DNA from: a virus
IMG/VR virus record: IMGVR_UViG_3300025018_000098
Coordinates: 32,001-96,000 of that record
DNA: 64,000 nt
Reading direction: 5' to 3' (one strand)
This document shows positions 1-8,674 of this stretch, piece by piece (the first letter of the stretch is position 1; the number at the start of each line of letters is the position of its first letter). The notes beneath the pieces are model-generated. The model saw only the letters and a program-made list of their open reading frames with translations. It did no database searches and was not told the origin of the DNA. The position numbers and the translations under genes are program-made.

Positions 1-1370
1 TTCCACGTGACATGGTCCGGAAGCACCACCTTCTTCTTCAGGGCATCCTGTGGGGACAGCATCTCTGTCTTGCCCGTCTTGAGGTTGTACAGGCGCACCA
101 GCGGCTGCCGGTCCTTCGTCTGCGTCCCTGACGTGAGGTGAAGCATCGTCCCCGGGCTGCCCTCCGGCGTGAACACGGGGTCGAGGAAGCCAAGCTGGGA
201 AGGGTCTACGGCCCGGCTCGAGTCAGACAAGGCGTGGTCAGACTTGACGCCGCCGTCGCCCATGATCGTGACCTGCGACCTGTCCGCCAGCATCGAGAGG
301 GGGTTGGTCTGTGTGGCGAGGGTTCCGATACCGTCCTTGGCGAACACATGAACGACGGGATCTCGGAACAGGTCCGGCATCACAACGTTGCGGATGGCGC
401 TCGAGTGCCCAGCCAAGATGGCCTCACGCACCTTCGGCTTCGCCAGGGACTTCATGATGCGTGTATGGATGCCCTTCTTGGACGTCCGCAGCTGGTCGAC
501 GAAGTGATCGGTAGGCGTCCAGAGCTCCTTGAAGTGGAGGGCATCGATGGGGTCCGAGTCTACCTTGCCTGCGCTCACATTCAGCAGCTTCGAGGACGCA
601 CGTAGGATGCCGTCTTCGTTTACGTGGTCGTGCGCCTTGCCCAGTGTCGTCTTCATGACGTCTGGGTCAACCTGGGTGGACTGGAAGTAGGACTCCACGG
701 CCATCTTAGGCGTAACCCCAGTGGGCATCGCAGAGCCGTGCACCTGCTTGTAGAACTTGGCCAGATCCTTCTCAGGGTTGGACTTCTTCTTATTGCTCTC
801 GAATGCCTCAGCGCCCCAGGCCTTCTTCATGGCCTCGTCGGATACCCCAGCAGCCTGGAGTACTGAGTACACGGGGATCTTGTTGCCGATGTCCATGGAC
901 ATGGAGCCGGTGGCAGGATCCATCACAATCTCAAAGCGCTTGCCCTTGGACAGCTGGAACTGTGCCTTGAACTCCCCGTCTCGCTCTGTGGGTTTGACGT
1001 ACGCGCCGGGCTTCAAGCGCCACTGGTTGCGGAGGATCTTTTCCTTGCCATCCACGATGTAGCTGTAGTGCCGGGTGGTCTTCGGGATCTCAGCCAGGTT
1101 CACGTTGTCCCGTGTGACGTGGACCTTACCTGTCGCCTTGTCTACGATCTCCACGGTCCCCAGCACTGGGACGCTCCAGCTCTGCCCCTTCATGCGTGCA
1201 GCGAGCTGTCCCTTGATATCGTCGATCCCCTTTTCGTCGTGCGCCGTGATGCCGGAGACCCGCACCTCGAACTCCCCCGAGGGGTCGTCCATGGGGAAGG
1301 TGCTCTTGATCTCGTCGATGAACTGGGTACGGAGCTCGTCGAACTGATGGGTGGGGTCGGTGTTCAGCAC
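1..1370 (-). CDS. rpoB: Phage-encoded DNA-directed RNA polymerase beta subunit, N-terminal ~456 aa (continues past window edge)
   Basis: Not in ORF track; hand-translated open frame from GTG 1370 (in-frame TAG at 1380-1382). [33 protein letters not shown] matches RpoB [81 protein letters not shown] matches [23 protein letters not shown]...RDVHPTHYGRVCPIETPEG. Confidence 0.93.
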   Translation of the reverse strand, partial: [456 protein letters not shown]

Positions 1371-1376
1371 GCTTGC

Positions 1377-1406
1377 AGTCTACTCGGCAGGTGTTTCGGG
1401 GGTCAA
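1377..1406 (-). promoter_or_regulatory. Class B promoter TTGACC-N18-TAGACT, 6 nt before GTG of rpoB-like gene (leaderless)
   Basis: -35 at 1406-1401, -10 at 1382-1377; no Shine-Dalgarno. Confidence 0.75.
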
Positions 1407-1420
1407 TCATACCCCCGAAA
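1394..1420. repeat. Perfect 10-bp inverted repeat between divergent promoters
   Basis: TTTCGGGGGT-caatcat-ACCCCCGAAA. Confidence 0.85.
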
Positions 1421-1435
1421 AGCCTTTCTTGTGTG

Positions 1436-1453
1436 GCCTATAAGCAACGTGGA
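1436..1453 (+). promoter_or_regulatory. Class A phage promoter motif
   Basis: GCCTATAAGCAACGTGGA; the same 11-mer core occurs at 11149, 54415(-) and 63612. Confidence 0.8.
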
Positions 1454-1460
1454 GACATCT

Positions 1461-1598
1461 ATGGCCAAGAGATCAAATGCATCCAGCAAAAAAGCACAAG
1501 CCGAAAAGGAAAAAGAGGAGCGACCTACCTCGTCCCTCGACGAGTATGAGCGGGAAGTACTGGAGGTACTCGACCACGTAATGGAGGGGCCCAAGTGA
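1461..1598 (+). CDS. Small charged hypothetical protein, 45 aa
   Basis: GGAG SD then ATG 1461 (MAKRSNASSKK...); first gene after class A motif; true start lies inside track ORF 1068..1598. Confidence 0.7.
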   Translation: MAKRSNASSKKAQAEKEKEERPTSSLDEYEREVLEVLDHVMEGPK

Positions 1599-1696
1599 GT
1601 CTGTTCCTGTGGGGAGTCGCTGCAGGCACCTGCCTTGGGATCGTGTCCGCGTTCACCAGACCCCCACCCCCCAAAGGAGGAGCCGATGGAACATGA
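1595..1696 (+). CDS. Small membrane peptide, 33 aa
   Basis: GTGA overlap with upstream stop, GGAGG upstream; MSLFLWGVAAGTCLGIVSAFTRPPPPKGGADGT has a hydrophobic N-terminus; fills the gap between neighbours. Confidence 0.5.
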   Translation: MSLFLWGVAAGTCLGIVSAFTRPPPPKGGADGT

Positions 1697-1985
1697 GGTG
1701 CGCTGCCCCCTATGCGGCGCCGGGATAGAGATCTTCGGGGATCCCAGAAACAATGACCCCCCGACGGATGCTGTCGTCGCACTGCAGGGGCAGTGGCTGT
1801 ACTCGGCGGAGTATCAGACGCCACTCTTCGTCTGTGATCCGGACACAGAGCTGACCGTCATTCAGCTAGCTACTGGACAGCTAGCACTACTGCCCGACAC
1901 CGAGGGCTACCCAACCAAGCACTACCACCATGAATGCCTCTGTGAGGCCACCAGTGAGGACGAGGAAGATGACGACGAAGATTGA
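1686..1985 (+). CDS. Zn-finger-like hypothetical protein, 99 aa, acidic tail
   Basis: SD AAGGAGG; CPLC ... HHEC. Confidence 0.7.
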   Translation: MEHEVRCPLCGAGIEIFGDPRNNDPPTDAVVALQGQWLYSAEYQTPLFVCDPDTELTVIQLATGQLALLPDTEGYPTKHYHHECLCEATSEDEEDDDED

Positions 1986-3099
1986 AGTGAACGCCCCGGC
2001 CAAGGGCTACCAGGACGTGCGAGCGATTGTGCTCGAGGAGCTGCGGGCACAAGAGAAGCACCAGCATCTGTTCATCCCAGGGGTGTTCGGCCCTCCGGGG
2101 ATCGGCAAGTCCGACATGATGTTGGACATCTGCATCGAGCTGCAGCGCACCTTCCGCCCCCAGAACACCGGGGACAACTCGGACCCCTCCGACATCGCAG
2201 GCATCGCAGTGCCTCAAGGATTGTTGGAGGCGTACGGGAACCAGTACGCCAAGACCGCGGCGGACACCAACGCGCTACGTACCCCCGAGGTGCAGAAGAT
2301 TGTGTGGGCCTTGAACCGAGCTGCGGCAGAGGCCTGCGAAGAGGCGGTCATGTTGTTCTTCGATGACATCGACAAGGCTCCTCCGATCGTAGCGGCAGGG
2401 CTCGTGGGCCTCTTCGGCACACGCTCCTTCCGAGACTACCGGCTGCACAAGGACTCGCTGCTCGTAGCTGCCGGTAACAGGCTTGGAGATGATGTCCTGG
2501 CCAGTGAGATGAGCGAGTCGCTGCGAGGGCGCATGACCATCATCGAGCTCGTTCCCAACCTCAAGGACTTTGTCGGCTTCGCGAAGGAGAACCCGGACGA
2601 CGTTCACCCTGCAGTCGTCACGTTCCTGCAGGCGTACCCCGAGTACCTGTTCGCCCTGCCCAAGGAGGGTGAGTACCGCAACCCCAACCCTCGCTCATAC
2701 GTCGAGCTCTCTCGGCTGCTGTATGACATCCCGGAGTCGCGCTGGGATGGGGCAGTGGCACGCAAGGTCGGGCAGAGCACCGCAGTCACTTGGAAGAAGT
2801 GGTTCAACATCCTGGCCAAGATCGACCTCAACGCCATCCTGTACCAGGGTGAGCTCCCCAAGGAGGAGAATCCTCTGAAGGCACGGCAGCTCAACTACGG
2901 GGCCATGTTCCGGCTTCTGCAGCACATCGTAACCAGCGAGATCAAGGAGGGCTGGACCGGTCTCGAGAAGTTCATCGGCAGCTTGGAGCCCGAGTTCCGG
3001 GTCGCCATGCTCGTCCAAATCCCACAGGCAAAGCGAAGCCAGCTCGCGTCCAAGTACGAGGGTGCAGCTGAGCTCATCATGGAGACTCTGATCAAATGA
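1969..3099 (+). CDS. MoxR-like AAA+ ATPase
   Basis: Walker A GPPGIGKS, Walker B LFFDDID, sensor-1 AAGN, Arg finger LRGRM, sensor-2 NPRSY; adjacent VWA partner. Confidence 0.88.
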   Translation: MTTKIEVNAPAKGYQDVRAIVLEELRAQEKHQHLFIPGVFGPPGIGKSDMMLDICIELQRTFRPQNTGDNSDPSDIAGIAVPQGLLEAYGNQYAKTAADTNALRTPEVQKIVWALNRAAAEACEEAVMLFFDDIDKAPPIVAAGLVGLFGTRSFRDYRLHKDSLLVAAGNRLGDDVLASEMSESLRGRMTIIELVPNLKDFVGFAKENPDDVHPAVVTFLQAYPEYLFALPKEGEYRNPNPRSYVELSRLLYDIPESRWDGAVARKVGQSTAVTWKKWFNILAKIDLNAILYQGELPKEENPLKARQLNYGAMFRLLQHIVTSEIKEGWTGLEKFIGSLEPEFRVAMLVQIPQAKRSQLASKYEGAAELIMETLIK

Positions 3100-4313
3100 T
3101 TGTTCCCGGACCCGACGCGGAAGTGCATCAAATCATAGATTCGGCAGCGACCGAGCTGGTGGTGCGCTTCCCATTGGCCGGGCTCTCCCTTTACGGGAGG
3201 GCCGTGGTCATACGACAACAAGGCGACTGCCCCACAGCCGCAACAGACGGGCGCAATATTCTTTGCGGCCCAGACTTCCTACGGGAGATGTACACAACAA
3301 GTGGAACCGGCGGTGTCACCTTCGTGCTCTTGCATGAGTGGGCGCACATCTTTTTCAACCACGTCGGACGTAGGGGAGATCGCCTACCCAAGATCTGGAA
3401 TATCGCCGCGGACCTCTACACGAATCAGCAGTGCGAGGACATCCTCGTCACCAAGACACCTGGTGGTGGGGTAAAGCCAGAACCTCAGTACATCGGCAAG
3501 ACTGTCGAAGAGATCTACGACATGCTGCTGGATACAGCTTCCAAGAGGAACCCAGAGGATCCCGAGAAGGGGATCGAGGAGGCGATGAAGGGGGAGTCCA
3601 AGCCAGAGAACTTTGGGAGCGGGGCTGACTTGCTGCCTCCCTCTACCGACATCGAGGACGTGGCAGAGACGGATGCCTTCCGGGAGGGGTTCATCGAAGA
3701 GCTGCTCGAGAACCAGTCCCTCATGGAAATGAACCCCACGGCCAAGCTCCCCACGGCGTTCAGAGAACGCTTTGAGCAGCTCAAGGACGGCCGAGTCCCC
3801 TGGGAGCGACTCATCATGGGTCGGGTCATGGCCGAGCTCGGGCACGACTGCGCCACGTACTCACCCCCCAACCGCAGGAGGCACTACCCCCTTGTGATCT
3901 CACCCTCGTACCGGGCCCTGAAGGAGCGCAAGCTCATGTTGGCCATCGATGTGTCCTACTCCGTGGGACAGGATCTCATGAGGCTCTTCATCTCTTCGGT
4001 CACCAACGCGGCCAAGCGAGCCACAGAGACACGCATCGTCACCTTCGACTCCTGCATTCGAGAGGACTACATCACACAGGACCCTGGGAGTATCCTCAAG
4101 AACATTCGGTTCATCTCTGGGGCACACTCCCACACGAGCGTCGTGGATGTCTTCAGTATCGTGGACACGTACAAGCCGCGGAGCCTCGCAGTCCTTACGG
4201 ATGGCTTCGTACGACTGCCAAGCAAGACATACCCGCGCACGATGTGGCTCATCCCACGTGGGGGGTGCCCTCAATCCTGGGGAACGAACTACACACTGGA
4301 CATTGCATGGTGA
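3096..4313 (+). CDS. HEXXH metallopeptidase-like + VWA domain protein (DUF2201-type)
   Basis: TAATDG, HEWAH, WNIAAD; C-terminal MIDAS-like DVSYS and LTDG; ATGA-coupled to the ATPase. Confidence 0.85.
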   Translation: MIVPGPDAEVHQIIDSAATELVVRFPLAGLSLYGRAVVIRQQGDCPTAATDGRNILCGPDFLREMYTTSGTGGVTFVLLHEWAHIFFNHVGRRGDRLPKIWNIAADLYTNQQCEDILVTKTPGGGVKPEPQYIGKTVEEIYDMLLDTASKRNPEDPEKGIEEAMKGESKPENFGSGADLLPPSTDIEDVAETDAFREGFIEELLENQSLMEMNPTAKLPTAFRERFEQLKDGRVPWERLIMGRVMAELGHDCATYSPPNRRRHYPLVISPSYRALKERKLMLAIDVSYSVGQDLMRLFISSVTNAAKRATETRIVTFDSCIREDYITQDPGSILKNIRFISGAHSHTSVVDVFSIVDTYKPRSLAVLTDGFVRLPSKTYPRTMWLIPRGGCPQSWGTNYTLDIAW

Positions 4314-5839
4314 ACCAAGAACTGAACAACGCGCTCGCAGACACAATCTTCTGCACACAACACGCTCGAGCCTTCGGTAGGGGCACGGGGTACGGGATCC
4401 GGAGCCCCCTGTGGGACTGCGCACTTCTCGTGTTTGGGCTTGATGCCTGGAAGCACTACGAGAAGTTAGGTATGGCGGCCCGCATAGATCCTACGGAGGC
4501 CGACGGAATACCGAAGAAGAACAACCAGGGGCGGGATGTCCAACGTGCTAGTCCGCTAGCTGCAGTAGAGGTCATGCGCACAACCCTGGGCGACTCCACT
4601 CGCCTGGGGCTCGACCCTTTGTTCTGCATCGAAGACCTGCACGGGTACTTCACGCAGAACATCTATGCGTACCATGAGTCCTTTCCGCTGAACATCGCGA
4701 CGGCGTTCATGCTGTACGGGGACGTCCATACTCAGACAGAGGGCCGCAGGCTCTACGCGCATCTCCTAGACCCCGGGAGCCGCATCAACCTGCGCTTGGT
4801 GAATAACACACAGATGTCCTATGGAGGGCCCATCTCTCGCCTCTCCTCTTCTTGGGCACTGCCTGTGTTCCCCGAGGACCTCGGCGTGCCTCCGCTCCCA
4901 GACATAGACAAAACGGACACCCTGTACTGCCCTGCCCACCTATCCTGGCTGACGGAAGAGGCTGCCGAACGAATGGTGAGCAGTATCCAGCTGTCCTCTC
5001 AGTACGAGACGGTGGTTATGCGGTATCTCAACCAGCGCTTCGGGCGCCGCTGGGATGCCTTGTTGGAGAAGAACGCTCGAAGCGCCTTGGCTCGATACAC
5101 GAAGCTGCAGCCAGACTACGTATACCTAACCCACCTGCTTCGGTGTCTGCCCCCGGCAGATGCCCATGAGTGGATCAATGCTCGAACGCAGGGCGGGAAC
5201 AAGATCTATGCAGTGCTGCATGTGACTGTGCGGGATTCCCCAGCGGGGTTCCGTAAGAACGGCTACCGAACGTTGTCTAGCAGCTCTAAGTTGGAGATCA
5301 TCCCATACATCGTAGAGCCGTTGACGATAGCTGATGTGAAGGCGCTGTCCCCGAAAAACCGAACTGCAGTGCTGTACTACATGCCTTGGCGGCTACTCGA
5401 GGAGGTAGTCACGGAGCATCGTAGCAAGATCTCTGCGTCGCTGCTGAAGGTAGGTGTGAACGAGGCCACGAATCTGGATTGGTTACGTGACTGCATGTCC
5501 CCGCACGAGAAGAGGTACACCACTCCTCACGAGTACCAGTCGGCCTTCTCCGGAAACGACCCAGCGAAGTTCATGCACGGGTGGGAGACCATGATGCCAC
5601 TCGTGGTGACCTCCTATGAGGAGTCTCGGAAGTTCCGGGAGACCTTCGTAGCGAAGTACGGCTACGGTACAGCTGTCCTGCTCGCGCACAGGTACTCGGT
5701 GAACCTGAGGGACGGCGCAGACAAGGGGCCCATCAACCAACTACTAGATCGAGCAGCGATACCCGGCGAGGTGCGTGAGGAGTTCCTCACGAGCATCCCT
5801 CAGCTAGGTACGGACTACAAGTTCCAGTGGGAGTTCTGA
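4307..5839 (+). CDS. Hypothetical protein, ~510 aa
   Basis: Long ORF overlapping the previous stop and ending at a terminator; no motif recognised. Confidence 0.7.
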   Translation: MVNQELNNALADTIFCTQHARAFGRGTGYGIRSPLWDCALLVFGLDAWKHYEKLGMAARIDPTEADGIPKKNNQGRDVQRASPLAAVEVMRTTLGDSTRLGLDPLFCIEDLHGYFTQNIYAYHESFPLNIATAFMLYGDVHTQTEGRRLYAHLLDPGSRINLRLVNNTQMSYGGPISRLSSSWALPVFPEDLGVPPLPDIDKTDTLYCPAHLSWLTEEAAERMVSSIQLSSQYETVVMRYLNQRFGRRWDALLEKNARSALARYTKLQPDYVYLTHLLRCLPPADAHEWINARTQGGNKIYAVLHVTVRDSPAGFRKNGYRTLSSSSKLEIIPYIVEPLTIADVKALSPKNRTAVLYYMPWRLLEEVVTEHRSKISASLLKVGVNEATNLDWLRDCMSPHEKRYTTPHEYQSAFSGNDPAKFMHGWETMMPLVVTSYEESRKFRETFVAKYGYGTAVLLAHRYSVNLRDGADKGPINQLLDRAAIPGEVREEFLTSIPQLGTDYKFQWEF

Positions 5840-5873
5840 GAGAAGGTGGCCGGGAGCCTCCGGCCTTCTCTTT
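5840..5873. terminator. Intrinsic terminator between convergent operons
   Basis: GAGAAG(GT)GGCCGG-gagcct-CCGGCCTTCTC followed by TTT. Confidence 0.7.
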
Positions 5874-5874
5874 G

Positions 5875-7767
5875 CTATTGCAGGGAGGCTCGCCGTGGGG
5901 GGAGCTGCTCAGGCATGGGACGCATGTCTACGCCGGTCCCTGGCGCAGGGCCGATCATGTTCTGCCGCACGAGCTCCGCCATCTCAGGCTGACTCTTCTG
6001 CAGCTGGGCCATGTGCTGCTGCCGTACCTCCATGGGGAGGCCTTGGAGCTGTTGAGCATACCCCTGTGCCAGCTGGTTCAGTGGGATGCCCGTCCCGGCC
6101 CCAGAGAGGCCAGAGCCCTGTGAATCCTGGAACGGGCTGCTGCTCTCCCCAGAGTCCGCCTCAGCGGCAGCCTGGGCCTCCTGCTGAGCTCTGCGCTGGG
6201 ATTCCATCATCACCTCTTCAGACTTGGCCTGGTACCGAGCTGATGTCACACCCGCCTCGCCCTGAGCCTCCGCCATGAGGAGCTGCTGCTTCTTGGTGGC
6301 CTCGGACTTGATGGCAGACTCAGCGATGATGAGCTTGTTCTCGTCCTCCATCTTGAAGTCGGAGAGGCCCAGCAGCGTGGTGTCGGAGAGCTTGGATGCC
6401 TGGTTCAGCTGGAAGGCGTACGCCTGACGCTGCAGGTCATCGGCCATCTTGAAGGGCTTGAACCGTCCCTCGATCTCTGGCCAGCCCAGGAATGCACCCA
6501 CACGCTGGATGACCCACTTGAGGAGACGGTACTGAGCTCGCACATTCGAGAGGAAGAAGTTCTCGAGCATACGCATGGAGACGCTGGTCCCGGCGTATGA
6601 CGCATTCCCGAACACGAGCTCTACCGGGAAGCCCATCCCTACTGTCAGCATCTCGCCCATCATGCGGATCTCTTGCATGAGGAGTAGGTTCCGGCCGTTC
6701 TCTCCAATGGTCTGCTGTCCCAGGGGGAAGGGCAGGATACCTACGTAGGCAGGGTCGAGACGCTGCCTGGTGAGCTCCCGCTGGATGTGTGTGCGCCAGT
6801 CTCGCAGGTCCACGGTACTGAACGGGTCTGCCCCTGCTGTGGCCGGCTGGGGGTACAAGAAGATCTGCGGCATCAAGTGCGTGAGGAGTACGGACTCCTG
6901 GGCCTTCTTCATGATCTGCATGTAGAAGGCATCCTTCAGCACGGGCATCAGAAGGGGGGTACCCCAGCCTCGCTCCGTACTGGACAGGGTCGGGCGGCGC
7001 ATGTGGAACACCTCCCGCTTGTCGAACACGAGAAGGCGGTCTGCCTTCGCAGCCTGAAGGAAGATCTCAGGCGTCGTAGACACCAAGTCCTTGCGTCCCA
7101 TCGTGAGCTCTCGCTTGAACTGCGAGGGCATGTCCAGCGCGTAGTCGTACCGACCCGTGGACTCGTTGTAGAAGATCGTGACGTTCTCCGGGTTCCACCG
7201 GATGAGGTTGATCTCAGAGGGCTTGGTGTAGTAGTCGTCTCGGCTGTTCGCGAAGTCGCTGTTGCCACACTTGGGGCAGGTCAGCCAGAACTTGTGGTTC
7301 GTGTAGCGCCAGTGCTGGCGGGACGTGATGGCGTCATGTGTCTTCGAACACGAGCCGCAGATGATCTGCTTCCGGAAGGGGAAGCTAGCCGAGATGAAAA
7401 CGTTCCCGTAGACATAGTAGTCGAGGTTGGCTTCGAACTGATGGACCGGGTAGTTGAGGTCCCCGTCCATGAACCCCTGCCACTTGTCCCGGACGCTGAG
7501 GCTCTTGTGCTGCATCGCCAGGTCAGTGACCGGGTACTCCGCTGCTCGAGTACAGATGGAGTTGATGATGCCGTGAGTCAGGTAGTAGTACCTGCAGAAG
7601 CTAAACAGGCTCTTGATGGAGGGTGGCGTGTAGGTGGACGCCTGGTCGAAGAACGGGTTCGCGAACGGAGCGTACTGCCGCCCAAGGATGTCTTGCTTGC
7701 TGGCCGAGTGAGCAAAGGTGGCTCCGCGGCCAGCACCAGCCATCGATGACGAGTTATTGAAGAACAT
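5875..7767 (-). CDS. Portal protein with Zn-ribbon insertion and Gln-rich C-terminus
   Basis: Portal-like segments YYLTHGIINSICTRAAEYP, VFHMRRP..WGTPLLMPVL, GMGFPVELVFG; inserted CGSC...CPKC. Confidence 0.75.
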   Translation of the reverse strand: MFFNNSSSMAGAGRGATFAHSASKQDILGRQYAPFANPFFDQASTYTPPSIKSLFSFCRYYYLTHGIINSICTRAAEYPVTDLAMQHKSLSVRDKWQGFMDGDLNYPVHQFEANLDYYVYGNVFISASFPFRKQIICGSCSKTHDAITSRQHWRYTNHKFWLTCPKCGNSDFANSRDDYYTKPSEINLIRWNPENVTIFYNESTGRYDYALDMPSQFKRELTMGRKDLVSTTPEIFLQAAKADRLLVFDKREVFHMRRPTLSSTERGWGTPLLMPVLKDAFYMQIMKKAQESVLLTHLMPQIFLYPQPATAGADPFSTVDLRDWRTHIQRELTRQRLDPAYVGILPFPLGQQTIGENGRNLLLMQEIRMMGEMLTVGMGFPVELVFGNASYAGTSVSMRMLENFFLSNVRAQYRLLKWVIQRVGAFLGWPEIEGRFKPFKMADDLQRQAYAFQLNQASKLSDTTLLGLSDFKMEDENKLIIAESAIKSEATKKQQLLMAEAQGEAGVTSARYQAKSEEVMMESQRRAQQEAQAAAEADSGESSSPFQDSQGSGLSGAGTGIPLNQLAQGYAQQLQGLPMEVRQQHMAQLQKSQPEMAELVRQNMIGPAPGTGVDMRPMPEQLPPRRASLQ

Positions 7768-8642
7768 CAGCCTTGCTCATCTTTCTTCTTGCCCCGGAAC
7801 TTGTCTGCAGCGGAGTACAGCATTTGGCCAGGGATAAGAGGTAGTCCCCCACCTAACACACCTGCGCCCACCATAGCTATGTTGCTAGCGACGTTCCGGC
7901 CGCGCTGCTTCAGATCTTTGTCTCCGGTGACAGCTTCCTTGGCCGCCATGGCAGCCGGGAGTGCCACCATCGCCTTACCGACAGTGGACCCACCTGTGGA
8001 GTTCTCCCAAAGGCCCTTCGCTGCAGCCTTCGGATCCTTCTTGAATGCCTTGGCGATGCCTGGGAGCGTCGTGTACCCAGCGTCTCGAGCGGCCTGCTGA
8101 GATGCACCACCCTGCAGGACCTCCTTCGCTCGAGCTGCAGATGCGGCCGGGTCGATCTTGATGCCTCGCTTAGCAGCATCAGCATCACGAAGAGCGTGAA
8201 GTGCATTCGTGCGTTTCGCCTTCGCCACGCCCCCCATCCCAATGGCATCTGCGTTGCCCAACCCAGTGACCCCATGCACCTGGCGCTTGGCGAAGTTCGT
8301 GGCGCTGGTCACGCCGCGCTTAGCAGTGCCTGCGATCGCCCCAGGGATGGACTTCTTACCTGTGAGAAGCATGGTGTCCCGGACTGCCCCGGAACCCATG
8401 GCGGCACCACCTGCAGCAACACCCCCGACCGCTGCTCCGCGCAGACCTGCCCGAAGATAGTCCTTGGGCTCGCCGTCCTTACGAAGTGCCTCCCGGCCGA
8501 TGTTGCCCACAGCACCTACGCCAGCACCTAGCGCTGCAGATGAGCCAGGGCTACGCATGAACTTATGCGCGATGCCTGCATAGTTGATGGCGTGCTTTTC
8601 CATCATAACAAGGCGCATGCTTCGCAAAACTTCAGGGGTCAT
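7767..8642 (-). CDS. Gly/Ala-rich basic protein, putative internal head/ejection protein
   Basis: Glycine-zipper-like hydrophobic segments; TGATG-coupled to portal; N-terminal MEKHA. Confidence 0.55.
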   Translation of the reverse strand: MTPEVLRSMRLVMMEKHAINYAGIAHKFMRSPGSSAALGAGVGAVGNIGREALRKDGEPKDYLRAGLRGAAVGGVAAGGAAMGSGAVRDTMLLTGKKSIPGAIAGTAKRGVTSATNFAKRQVHGVTGLGNADAIGMGGVAKAKRTNALHALRDADAAKRGIKIDPAASAARAKEVLQGGASQQAARDAGYTTLPGIAKAFKKDPKAAAKGLWENSTGGSTVGKAMVALPAAMAAKEAVTGDKDLKQRGRNVASNIAMVGAGVLGGGLPLIPGQMLYSAADKFRGKKKDEQG

Positions 8643-8648
8643 CTGGCT

Positions 8649-8655
8649 ACTGTAC
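8649..8655 (-). promoter_or_regulatory. Class B -10 (GTACAGT), 6 nt before ATG 8642
   Basis: G-TACAGT-AGCCAG-ATG; no SD. Confidence 0.65.
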
Positions 8656-8674
8656 CTCGAAGGCTAGTCACAAG

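Noticed and set aside
138-1410. Plus-strand track ORFs 138..605, 624..866, 757..1062, 1075..1347, the 5' part of 1068..1598, and minus ORF 1126..1410
   Set aside because: Shadow frames of the RpoB-like gene on the minus strand.
7770-7782. GATGAGCAAGG upstream of the portal as a class A promoter
   Set aside because: Lacks the CCT 5' part and the downstream TGRA, and lies in coding sequence of a translationally coupled gene.
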